A stretch of 55,281 bases of DNA from an uncultured Gammaproteobacteria bacterium (GTDB taxonomy: Bacteria; Patescibacteriota; Microgenomatia; Daviesbacterales; UBA10151): positions 1-55,281 of the forward strand of contig CAZYBP010000002.1 in NCBI GenBank assembly GCA_964645555.1, in the 5' to 3' direction. The position numbers and the translations under genes were made by a program. Of this stretch, positions 1-7,763 are shown piece after piece. The notes beneath the pieces are model-generated. The model searched no databases and was not told the DNA's origin. It saw only the letters and a list, made by a program, of their open reading frames with translations. Every line of letters starts with the position of its first letter. Position 1 is the first letter of the stretch.

Positions 1-55
1 GAACCCTCGACCTTCTCCTTGGGAAGGAGACATTCTACCACTGAACTACCACCGC
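1..55 (-). tRNA. tRNA-Gly (anticodon CCC), 3' part cut off by the window edge
   Basis: Reverse complement of 1-55 reads GCGGTGG-TA-GTTC-AGTGGTA-GAAT-G-TCTCC-TTCCCAA-GGAGA-AGGTC-GAGGG-TTC. This gives the acceptor arm, D arm, anticodon stem-loop with CCC (plus-strand ggg at 21-23), variable loop and the first T-stem strand. The rest lies outside the window. Confidence 0.85.
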
Positions 56-98
56 TTGCGCAATAGGTGATATTTTACCAAATTCATGGTAATCTAGG

Positions 99-839
99 TT
101 GAGGAATATGGCACAAAGTTATAAAAGCAGAAGGGCTGCCCGCAAGCTTGCTCGCAACAGCCAAAGAAATTTTATTATTACCCTGGTTTTAATTGTCTTG
201 CTTTTATATGTAACTTTAACCTGGATACTCCCCTTTCTTATAAATAGTGTCAGCTTTGTTAAAAATATAGTTACTCCTTCAGCAAAAGTTGTAACTACCC
301 CTCAAACTAACGCTACTTTAGCTCCTCCGGTTTTAAATATTCCCTATGAGGCCACAAATTCTGGTCGAATTGATATCCCCGGTTACGCTACTCCAAAAGC
401 CAAAATTAAACTATATATTGATGATGAAGACAAGCAAAAAGTAGACGCAGACGAGAATGGAAACTTCATCTTCCAAAATATTAACTTAAGTTTGGGGACT
501 AATAATATTTATGCCAAAACCATAGATGAAAACAATACAGAAAGCTTGCCTTCAAAACTTATCAAAGTAATTTTCGATAATCAAAAGCCTACTTTAACTT
601 TAAATTCGCCCGAAGACAACAAAATTATTCAAGGCGGTGATAAAAAGGTAAACTTCTCCGGCAAAACAGATCCAGGCAATGCAGTTTTTATCAATAACAG
701 CCAAGTTATTGTAGACAAAGACGGGAATTTTAACTCTGAACAATTATTAAATGAGGGTGATAATAACTTTAATATCAAAGCACTAAGTAAAGCTTCCAAT
801 ACTACTGAAATTGCAAGAAAGGTTACCTACAATCCTTAA
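99..839 (+). CDS. Membrane-anchored extracytoplasmic protein with two Ig-like repeats, function unknown
   Basis: 246-aa ORF with a basic N-terminus followed by one hydrophobic helix (FIITLVLIVLLLYVTLTWILPFLI). Two internal repeats share the pattern G.T.P...V.I......VD..GNF....L..G.NN. An in-frame ATG at 108 is an alternative start. Confidence 0.55.
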   Translation: MRNMAQSYKSRRAARKLARNSQRNFIITLVLIVLLLYVTLTWILPFLINSVSFVKNIVTPSAKVVTTPQTNATLAPPVLNIPYEATNSGRIDIPGYATPKAKIKLYIDDEDKQKVDADENGNFIFQNINLSLGTNNIYAKTIDENNTESLPSKLIKVIFDNQKPTLTLNSPEDNKIIQGGDKKVNFSGKTDPGNAVFINNSQVIVDKDGNFNSEQLLNEGDNNFNIKALSKASNTTEIARKVTYNP

Positions 840-861
840 TCCTTCAATCAATTCACAACTT

Positions 862-1923
862 TTAGGCCACCCAAAAACCATTGAAAAAAAGTACTGTAAA
901 AATAGATAAAAGCATTAAAGTAATAACCGGATAAAAAAGGTTTAAAAATTGGCTCTTAATTAGCCCCAAAAGAATAAATATAGGAAAAATAGGTAATAAA
1001 AATCTTGGGATTGAAGATAAAGTAGGAGTAAAAAGAGGCAGTGCAATTGAAACGAATGCATAAACAGAATACGAAATAGGCAAAAACCTAAAACTTCTAA
1101 TTGCTAAACCCAGCCCAAAAATTGCAAATAGTAAATCTAAAACCGGATTAAAATGAGATGTCAGAAAGTTTGGTGTAGTAACATTCTTAATTGTGTCCCA
1201 AAAACCGAAAATAGGTACTACCAATTCTCTTTGCCAATACCTTTCTGCTGTGAGAAAATAAAAAGGATCTGATGTTTGATTGTATAAAAACCAAACATAC
1301 GCTAAAAATCCTAAGGGAGAAAATAATACAAACCAATTTTTCTTATTAATTCCTCTTGTCAGTTGCACCTCCAATATTAGAGCTAAAACTACTGCCAATC
1401 CTGCCAATCTTGTACCGGATACTAAAACCGCAAAAATGGTTGCTAAAAATAATTTGTTAGTTCTCAAAAAATAGAAAGTTAAAACTACCAAAAGAAAAAA
1501 TAATCCTTCGGAATAAGCTGTTAGAAAATAAAAAGAGGTTGGGAAAAAAGCTAAGGCAGCAATAATCTTTAAGGCAATTTTTTTATCAAAATCCAATATA
1601 ATTAATTTATATAAAATCTGTAAACCAAAATAAAAAGATAATAAACTTATTAAAACACCAGAGAGTAAAAAATTATTTGTAAATTGAGTTAAAGTTTTTA
1701 TAACCATAGGGTAGAACGGAAAAAAAGCATATTGAAAATTCTCTTGATAACCTTTTTGGGCAATAGCTAAAAAGTGTCCTCCATCCCAATTGGAAAAACT
1801 GCTTAAGAAATCATTACTAAATTTTCCAGAATGTGGTAATGTGGAAAAACCCAAATAGGAAATTAGTAAAAGACTAGCTAACCAAACAGTAAAAATAATG
1901 TTTATATTAGAATATAATTTCAT
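862..1923 (-). CDS. Polytopic membrane glycosyltransferase, PIG-V / Mannosyl_trans2-like (GT-C fold)
   Basis: 353-aa multi-TM ORF. It carries the family signature FSNWDGGHFLAIAQKGYQENFQYAFFPFYP (WD..H.L.IA..GY...AFFP). Confidence 0.6.
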   Translation of the reverse strand: MKLYSNINIIFTVWLASLLLISYLGFSTLPHSGKFSNDFLSSFSNWDGGHFLAIAQKGYQENFQYAFFPFYPMVIKTLTQFTNNFLLSGVLISLLSFYFGLQILYKLIILDFDKKIALKIIAALAFFPTSFYFLTAYSEGLFFLLVVLTFYFLRTNKLFLATIFAVLVSGTRLAGLAVVLALILEVQLTRGINKKNWFVLFSPLGFLAYVWFLYNQTSDPFYFLTAERYWQRELVVPIFGFWDTIKNVTTPNFLTSHFNPVLDLLFAIFGLGLAIRSFRFLPISYSVYAFVSIALPLFTPTLSSIPRFLLPIFPIFILLGLIKSQFLNLFYPVITLMLLSIFTVLFFNGFWVA

Positions 1924-1926
1924 AAC

Positions 1927-3111
1927 ATGACTTTTGTAAGTTTGATAATAACACTGGCTATTTTATGCGGTCAATTAATTAAAATTACCCTTTTACCCCA
2001 AGGGGGATTGATAGTATTGGATTTAACAGTAATTGGACTGGTAATCTTTGGATTAATCAAAGTTAAATTCAATTTAAAAAAACCGCCATTTTTTGTCAAA
2101 GCTGCTTTGCTTTTTATTTTAGTTTGTCTAATATCTATTCTCGTCAGTCCCCTGTCTTTGAATCCGAACCAATATTTAATTAGTATTTCTTATAGTTTAA
2201 GACTCTTATTTTATATCATTTTAGGATGGTTAATTTCAGAAGGAATTTTTCCAAAGTTTAAAGATCAAATTCCAAGTATCATTCATTATTCTGGTTTAAG
2301 TTTAGCTATAGCAGGAATTTTACAATTTATTTTCATCCCTGATTTAAGATTTCTACAAGAGGATCTATGGGATCCACACTATTTTAGGACAGCTTCTACT
2401 TTTTTAGATCCAAATTTTTTGGGTGCATTTCTGGTTTTATCATTACTTACAATTTTTAATACCAAAACAATTTCACCTAAACTTAAAAAAATTTCTTTAC
2501 CTCTAATATTTATAGCCTTATTGACTACTTTCTCCAGAGGCTCATATTTATCTTTTATACTCACCTTTTTAAGCTTCTCTCTATTTAAAAGATCAATTAA
2601 ATTAGTTATTGTCACAATCCTTCTTTTTATCATCTTGTTTACAGGTTTTACTGTTTATCAAAAAGCTGTAGCAGAACCCAGAGGAATAGACAAAGCTAAA
2701 TCCGCAGAGAATAGATTAGGTGCATGGCAGCAAGGCTTAACGCTTTTCCAAAATAATCCTGTTTTTGGAATCGGATTTAATGCATATAAATTTGCTTTAA
2801 AACAAAATAATTTGGCAGATAATCAATTTTTACAAAGTAGGGGAGCAACATCTAATGACTCAAGTTTGCTTCATGTTGCTGCTAACACAGGTATTATTGG
2901 ATTATTGGTGTATCTTTTTTTTCTGGTTTCTCTTTTTTTAACTGGCTGGAAAAACCCAACAAACCCTTGTGGTTTAGTATTAATCTCCGGATTAATAGGA
3001 CTGATTGCTCAAAGCTTTTTTATTAATAACCTATTTTATCCTTTTATCTTTTTGTGGATTATGTTGATTGCTGCCGTTACAACCCCGGTTTCAAAAGGCC
3101 ATAAAAAGTAA
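1927..3111 (+). CDS. O-antigen ligase/polymerase family (Wzy_C-like) membrane protein
   Basis: 394-aa multi-TM ORF with LLTTFSRGSYLSFILTF and NPVFGIGFNAYKF motifs typical of Wzy_C/O-antigen ligase proteins. Confidence 0.65.
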   Translation: MTFVSLIITLAILCGQLIKITLLPQGGLIVLDLTVIGLVIFGLIKVKFNLKKPPFFVKAALLFILVCLISILVSPLSLNPNQYLISISYSLRLLFYIILGWLISEGIFPKFKDQIPSIIHYSGLSLAIAGILQFIFIPDLRFLQEDLWDPHYFRTASTFLDPNFLGAFLVLSLLTIFNTKTISPKLKKISLPLIFIALLTTFSRGSYLSFILTFLSFSLFKRSIKLVIVTILLFIILFTGFTVYQKAVAEPRGIDKAKSAENRLGAWQQGLTLFQNNPVFGIGFNAYKFALKQNNLADNQFLQSRGATSNDSSLLHVAANTGIIGLLVYLFFLVSLFLTGWKNPTNPCGLVLISGLIGLIAQSFFINNLFYPFIFLWIMLIAAVTTPVSKGHKK

Positions 3112-4081
3112 TTTTCTTTTCTCTAATATTTTTAATAATATAATCATCATTTACTACCTTTTTACTTTGGATTTGGGCCCTTTTTTTCAGTAGGGTAGGC
3201 AGGTGGGTAAGAATATACCAATCAGCCCCTATCCCCTGCCAAAAATATCCTTGGGTAATCATCCAAAAAATAGTGTTTATATTAACCAGGATTATTTTTA
3301 ACCAATTGAAGTTTGATAGAAACAAACCCTTAGGAAAATCCTTAATAATCATCTGAGTCATATTCCTAAATTGCCAGTACTCCATCATTGGTTTAATTCT
3401 TGAAGAAGTTGCCTTATGAATATGGTAAATAATTGCCTTAGGCTGATACCAACCCTTGAATCCTTGTAACTGCGCCCGAAAACATAAATCCACATCTTCC
3501 ATATAAGTATTGAAATCTTCATCAAACAGTCCTGCCTTATTAAAGACTTCCCTTTTAAACAAACCTCCTCCCGCTGTCACCATAAATACATAACCCGGTT
3601 TGCTAAATTTTGGTCCATCCTTCTCTCCCATTCCCAAATTATATGCATGACCCACTGCATCAATAATATCCCCTGCAGAATCTATCCTCTCCCTATGGTA
3701 AAAATTACGCACTCTGGCTGCTATAAATCCACAATCCTGATGTTGTTTGGCTGCTGCCACCAGACAACTTAAACAATTCTCCTCTACTTCAGTATCATTA
3801 TTTAATAAAAACAGATATTTGGATTTAGACTCTTTGATGCCAATATTTACTGCCTTTGCAAAACCATAATTTTTATCTAAAGTTATAACTTTAAAATCCG
3901 GAAAGACAGTTGTGACATACTCTACTGAACCATCCATAGAACCGTTATCCACCACAATCACCTCAAAATCCCTAAAGCTCTGTTTAGTTAAAGAAGGCAG
4001 GCATTTTTTTAAAAGCTGTTTACCGTTCCAATTTGGAATAATTATAGAAACAGTATATTTATATTCTGGCTTGGATAACAT
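3077..4081 (-). CDS. GT2 family glycosyltransferase
   Basis: N-terminal VSIIIPNWNGKQLLKKCLPSL...FEVIVVDNGSMDGS and LLNNDTEV (DXD-like), the classic GT-A/GT2 signature. Confidence 0.8.
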   Translation of the reverse strand: MLSKPEYKYTVSIIIPNWNGKQLLKKCLPSLTKQSFRDFEVIVVDNGSMDGSVEYVTTVFPDFKVITLDKNYGFAKAVNIGIKESKSKYLFLLNNDTEVEENCLSCLVAAAKQHQDCGFIAARVRNFYHRERIDSAGDIIDAVGHAYNLGMGEKDGPKFSKPGYVFMVTAGGGLFKREVFNKAGLFDEDFNTYMEDVDLCFRAQLQGFKGWYQPKAIIYHIHKATSSRIKPMMEYWQFRNMTQMIIKDFPKGLFLSNFNWLKIILVNINTIFWMITQGYFWQGIGADWYILTHLPTLLKKRAQIQSKKVVNDDYIIKNIREKKITFYGLLKPGL

Positions 4082-4739
4082 AATGGTAAATAATTAGATT
4101 AGGAAACAATTTAACAAGTCTGGGTTTTAATAAATTAACAAAAATATTTCCTAGAACTGGAACTTTTAATAAACTATATTCAAAAGGTATTTTCACTTCA
4201 GTTGGATAAATATCTTCGACTTTTATCTTACACTGCTCAAGTAACCTCATAAAACTATTATATGTATAAAACCTTAAGTGGGTCTTATCTAAAAGGCCAC
4301 TTTCCTGGTAATCAAATTTACCTCTGAATAAATCAACTCTCATATTCCAGCAAGCAACATTTGGTATGGATATTAATATTTTCCCTTCTTTTTTGAGTTT
4401 ATTTCTTAAAAAAAGCAAAACCGGTTCAGGGTTAGTTAAATGTTCTAAAACATCTGCGCAAATTATAAAATCATATTTTTTCTTTATATTTGCTTGAATA
4501 TTCTTATCCTCTACCGAACCACTAAAAACCTTTCTCGCCAAATTCTTTAAGTTATTAACGTTATTTTTGTCTATCTCAATAACATCAACAACATTGTCAT
4601 ATTTATTAAACTCTCTGGTCATGTACCCTGAGGATGAACCGATTTCTAGAACTTCCCCACCTTGAACTAAGCTTAATATCTTTTTTTGAGCATTAGAAAA
4701 ACCATGTATTTCAACTAACCTTTGGTAGACTGTTTTCAT
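4059..4739 (-). CDS. Class I SAM-dependent methyltransferase
   Basis: Motif I VLEIGSSSGYMT, acidic loop VDVIEID, and FDFIICADVLEHL (Methyltransf_11/23-like). Confidence 0.75.
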   Translation of the reverse strand: MKTVYQRLVEIHGFSNAQKKILSLVQGGEVLEIGSSSGYMTREFNKYDNVVDVIEIDKNNVNNLKNLARKVFSGSVEDKNIQANIKKKYDFIICADVLEHLTNPEPVLLFLRNKLKKEGKILISIPNVACWNMRVDLFRGKFDYQESGLLDKTHLRFYTYNSFMRLLEQCKIKVEDIYPTEVKIPFEYSLLKVPVLGNIFVNLLKPRLVKLFPNLIIYHYVIQARI

Positions 4740-5959
4740 TTTAAAACCTTAATCCTAATCAATTGAAAGAAAATTATAAAAGATAAAATTTCAGATGCAA
4801 CTGTTACCCAAGCTGCAGCATATACACCAAACTTCGGAATAAAAATCAAGTTTAAAATTACATTAAACGATAATGTAATAACTGATAATACTATTACTTG
4901 CTTTAAAAATTTATCTGTTGAAAATAAAACTTGTATTCCGGGAGCATGGATAAAAATAAAAGGCAGTGAAAAAGTTAAAATTCTTAAAACATCAACAGAG
5001 CTACTATAACTTGGTAAAAATATCTTAATGAAGAAGGGTAAAATAAACATATATCCTAAAGCCACCAGAATCCCTATAAAAAGCATAATCTTTAAACTCT
5101 TGAAATAAACTGACTCAACCCTGGATTTATCAATTAAATAAAGTTTGGCTACAACCGGGAAAAGTGCTGTTGATAGGGCAGTTGGTATAAAAATTGCTGC
5201 CTCCAAAAATTTATATGCTGCAGAATATATCCCTGTATCAAAATTGCCCTTTAAATAAGAAAGTAAGATGGTATCTATTCTAAAATAGAGCATGCCCAAT
5301 ATCCCGAGTAATCCATAGGGCAATGACCCTAAGGTAATCTCTCTGATAATTTTAAAATTAATGCTAGAGAGTAAATTAATTTTCTGGGTAAGCAAAACAA
5401 GAATAATTATTAATAAATATCCAAGTTGTCCTAGGATTAAAGCAACAGCCGTACCGGTTGTCCCAAAGCCTGAGGAAACTAAAAAATAACCAATCACTGA
5501 AGTAAAAATGCTTAAAAATACTAAAGACAGGGCGGAAAGTTGTAATCTTTTTAAAGCTATAAATAACCCGTCTAAAGTTAAAGCAACTGCCTGGGGAACA
5601 ACAGCCAAAACCATGAGTAAACTAACACTAACCCTGAATTTATCCGGATCCAGTGCATATAAAATTACTGCAAAAATTCCAAAAAGGCAGCTTGAGACAG
5701 TTAACCTTAAAAAGGTAACATTAAATACTAAAGTGGGAAATCTTAAATGATCTTTAGCTATTTCTCTAACTAAAAATCTGTTAAAACCAAAATCGGAAAT
5801 AGTGGAGATTAAGGAAAAATATGCCAAACCTACACTGTAAAGTCCAAATTCCTCAATTGCTAAATTTCTTGCCAAAAAAATTGTATAGAAAAAACCTATT
5901 GCTCTTGTTATAACTTGGGCCAAAGCCAACCAGGAAGCCTGCCTTAAAATCGGTAGCAT
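4736..5959 (-). CDS. Wzx-like polysaccharide flippase (MOP superfamily)
   Basis: 407-aa ORF with about 12 hydrophobic segments. The N-terminus WLALAQVITRAIGFFYTIFLARNL is typical of polysaccharide biosynthesis/Wzx proteins. It has a 4-nt overlap with the downstream methyltransferase. Confidence 0.7.
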   Translation of the reverse strand: MLPILRQASWLALAQVITRAIGFFYTIFLARNLAIEEFGLYSVGLAYFSLISTISDFGFNRFLVREIAKDHLRFPTLVFNVTFLRLTVSSCLFGIFAVILYALDPDKFRVSVSLLMVLAVVPQAVALTLDGLFIALKRLQLSALSLVFLSIFTSVIGYFLVSSGFGTTGTAVALILGQLGYLLIIILVLLTQKINLLSSINFKIIREITLGSLPYGLLGILGMLYFRIDTILLSYLKGNFDTGIYSAAYKFLEAAIFIPTALSTALFPVVAKLYLIDKSRVESVYFKSLKIMLFIGILVALGYMFILPFFIKIFLPSYSSSVDVLRILTFSLPFIFIHAPGIQVLFSTDKFLKQVIVLSVITLSFNVILNLIFIPKFGVYAAAWVTVASEILSFIIFFQLIRIKVLK

Positions 5960-6038
5960 TTCTAAATTGTACCATCTGTGGAATCAAAATACTCTGCATA
6001 TATAAAAACCCAGATTAAAAAATAATTATCTGTTAGCG

Positions 6039-6067
6039 TTCATAAACAGCCTGAAGTTTAGTATAAT
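6039..6067 (+). promoter_or_regulatory. Candidate sigma70-type promoter (TTCATA-17 nt-TATAAT) for the 6075 gene, geometry implies a leaderless mRNA
   Basis: Perfect TATAAT at 6062-6067 and TTCATA at 6039-6044 with a 17-nt spacer. Only 7 nt (6068-6074) separate the -10 box from the ATG at 6075, and no SD is present. Confidence 0.4.
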
Positions 6068-6074
6068 TTGCAAC

Positions 6075-6800
6075 ATGTTGAACAACTTTTGCGAGAGAGA
6101 GCATACTGCAGAAGAGATCGAACGGATTCGCTGGTTAAAATGCATTGCCGTCCCCAAAGATTATGATATAACTGTAAACGAGAGAAGATCAATCGGTCTT
6201 CATGGGACCAGCATTGAAACAATAATTTTCCTAATTGAAAAAGGCGTTTTACCTGGTTCGCCGTTACCGTCATATAAAGATAAAAGACGAGTACAAAACG
6301 GAGACATTTTCTTTGCAGAATTTCCTGAAGAATTGCCTGAAAAATATCAAAACTCAGAGTATACAAGGTCGGATGAATTACCTGCATATCGTGCATTCTT
6401 TTATGCAGAGGAAACAGCAAGACAACATTATTTACTTACTACCCTAGGTTTACCCTTTTCTGATCAAAGTATTTATAATGCCTCTATGGCACTATCCTTT
6501 TCAGGCGAAGTTGAAGATAAAATTGAGTTAGCTCAGGAAAAATTTGCTCAACCTCTTGAGAGAAATGCCAATGTACCTCGCAGGACATTGCTAGACGTTC
6601 TGGCAAGGTGTGATTCAAGAAAAGGAGTTGTTTTAGGTATACATGAATCGGTACGTAAGCATTATATTGTAGATTTGAGTACTGATGGAGACTTTAGATT
6701 CAACTGTTCGCAGGGTTTGGACATTAAATATCTTACTCTTCTATTACCGTTTGGACGAGTTGAACAAGGATTTTTGAAAAAATTATTTTCCAGATACTGA
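6075..6800 (+). CDS. Orphan hypothetical protein (241 aa), soluble, no family recognised with confidence
   Basis: Long ORF on the strand opposite to all its neighbours, with no TM segment. It contains IGLHGTSIETIIFLIEKGVL and GDIFFAEF motifs (see findings). The overlapping minus-strand ORF 6058-6420 looks like a shadow ORF. Confidence 0.6.
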   Translation: MLNNFCEREHTAEEIERIRWLKCIAVPKDYDITVNERRSIGLHGTSIETIIFLIEKGVLPGSPLPSYKDKRRVQNGDIFFAEFPEELPEKYQNSEYTRSDELPAYRAFFYAEETARQHYLLTTLGLPFSDQSIYNASMALSFSGEVEDKIELAQEKFAQPLERNANVPRRTLLDVLARCDSRKGVVLGIHESVRKHYIVDLSTDGDFRFNCSQGLDIKYLTLLLPFGRVEQGFLKKLFSRY

Positions 6801-6808
6801 TTTTGTAA

Positions 6809-6841
6809 ACCCACACCAGGTGTGTCGTAGCTTGACACATA
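6809..6841. repeat. REP-like 33-nt double-hairpin element, copy 1 (likely bidirectional terminator between convergent genes)
   Basis: acccacaccAggtgtgtcgtagcttgacacata matches 27588-27620 at 32/33 positions. It can form two overlapping hairpins: CACACC/GGTGTG and TGTGTC-gtagctt-GACACA. The T-rich tail tagcttctttt follows. Confidence 0.7.
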
Positions 6842-6852
6842 GCTTCTTTTCA

Positions 6853-7347
6853 TTAAGCTTTTGAATTATCAAAGGTCTGAACTGGACCTTTCCATTTATC
6901 ATTATCTAAAATTACCTCCTGATAATCCCCGCCTGTATACTCGCTTATTACCTTTCTCCAGAAAATCTGTGCTTCCCTATTTTGGTTTGTCTGTGTTACT
7001 TCCCATTTGCCAGGAAACATATCAAAAATTTGTCTTGCAACAGTTTGACCTATACCGCCTCTCCTATACTTTTTCAAAATAAAAAATTCGGCAATAGCAT
7101 TTGCACTGTTTGAAAGATAAGTATGTTTATTTATCAGTACAAATCCCGCTAATTTACCACCTACTTTAATGAAAAATGGGTGTCTGTCTTTTTCCTGCCA
7201 GTAATTATTTAAATATTTATAGCCGTACCTGCGATCTTCATTTAAATCTAAATTACGAAATTCACTAAGATCATATTCATAAAGCTCTAAAAGATTTGCA
7301 AGGATTTGTTTATCTTTTTCCTCAACGGGAATTATCTTAATATCCAT
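6853..7347 (-). CDS. GNAT family N-acetyltransferase
   Basis: 164 aa with the acetyl-CoA binding motif FFILKKYRRGGIGQTVARQIF (Q/R-x-x-G-x-G/A). Confidence 0.8.
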   Translation of the reverse strand: MDIKIIPVEEKDKQILANLLELYEYDLSEFRNLDLNEDRRYGYKYLNNYWQEKDRHPFFIKVGGKLAGFVLINKHTYLSNSANAIAEFFILKKYRRGGIGQTVARQIFDMFPGKWEVTQTNQNREAQIFWRKVISEYTGGDYQEVILDNDKWKGPVQTFDNSKA

Positions 7348-7351
7348 AAGA

Positions 7352-7762
7352 TTATTTTATACCTAAAACATTAAATAGTGATTTTAAAACCCCATCTTTA
7401 TCATAAAGAATTTTTGCTCCGGCTGTAATTACTTTTTTAGTTCCCAGATCAACCGGGTTTGTATTTACCCACTCTGGAGTTGTTATACCGTATTCCACTT
7501 CCAAACCATTTTGGTAAAATACTCTTCTTGCTTGTACGAATTTAAAATCTTCATTCTTTATTTCTCTTATCTCTCCGAAGATTTTCATCCAATCACCATT
7601 GTCTAAATAAGCCTTTGGATCATTTGTGATTATTACTAAATCTATATCTGAATCAGGCTTGGCGGTACCTCTGGCATAAGAACCAACCAATACAACAGCC
7701 AAAATTTCTCTTTGCTTCTTAACCCAGTGTATAAATTCAGTTAAAAATTCTTGTACTTCCAT
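7352..7762 (-). CDS. Minimal nucleotidyltransferase (Pol-beta superfamily, MNT/KNTase-like)
   Basis: 136 aa with the catalytic signature VLVGSYARGTAKPDSDIDLVIIT (G-S-x-x-R-G...D-x-D). Confidence 0.75.
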   Translation of the reverse strand: MEVQEFLTEFIHWVKKQREILAVVLVGSYARGTAKPDSDIDLVIITNDPKAYLDNGDWMKIFGEIREIKNEDFKFVQARRVFYQNGLEVEYGITTPEWVNTNPVDLGTKKVITAGAKILYDKDGVLKSLFNVLGIK

Positions 7763-7763
7763 A

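Noticed and set aside
6058-6420. 120-aa minus-strand ORF overlapping the 5' half of the orphan gene 6075-6800
   Set aside because: It is fully overlapped by the longer plus-strand ORF, which has a matching TATAAT/ATG arrangement. Its translation has no motif and is Cys/Leu/Gln-rich in an unprotein-like way. It was kept only as an alternative in case the plus-strand gene is disproved.
6075-6800. Using base composition alone to call the orphan gene and the 27687-28451 methyltransferase horizontally acquired
   Set aside because: Hand counts over single 60-nt lines give about 40% G+C for both genes. Across undisputed core genes in this window the range is about 23% to about 52%. Without a proper sliding-window or tetranucleotide calculation the signal is not interpretable.
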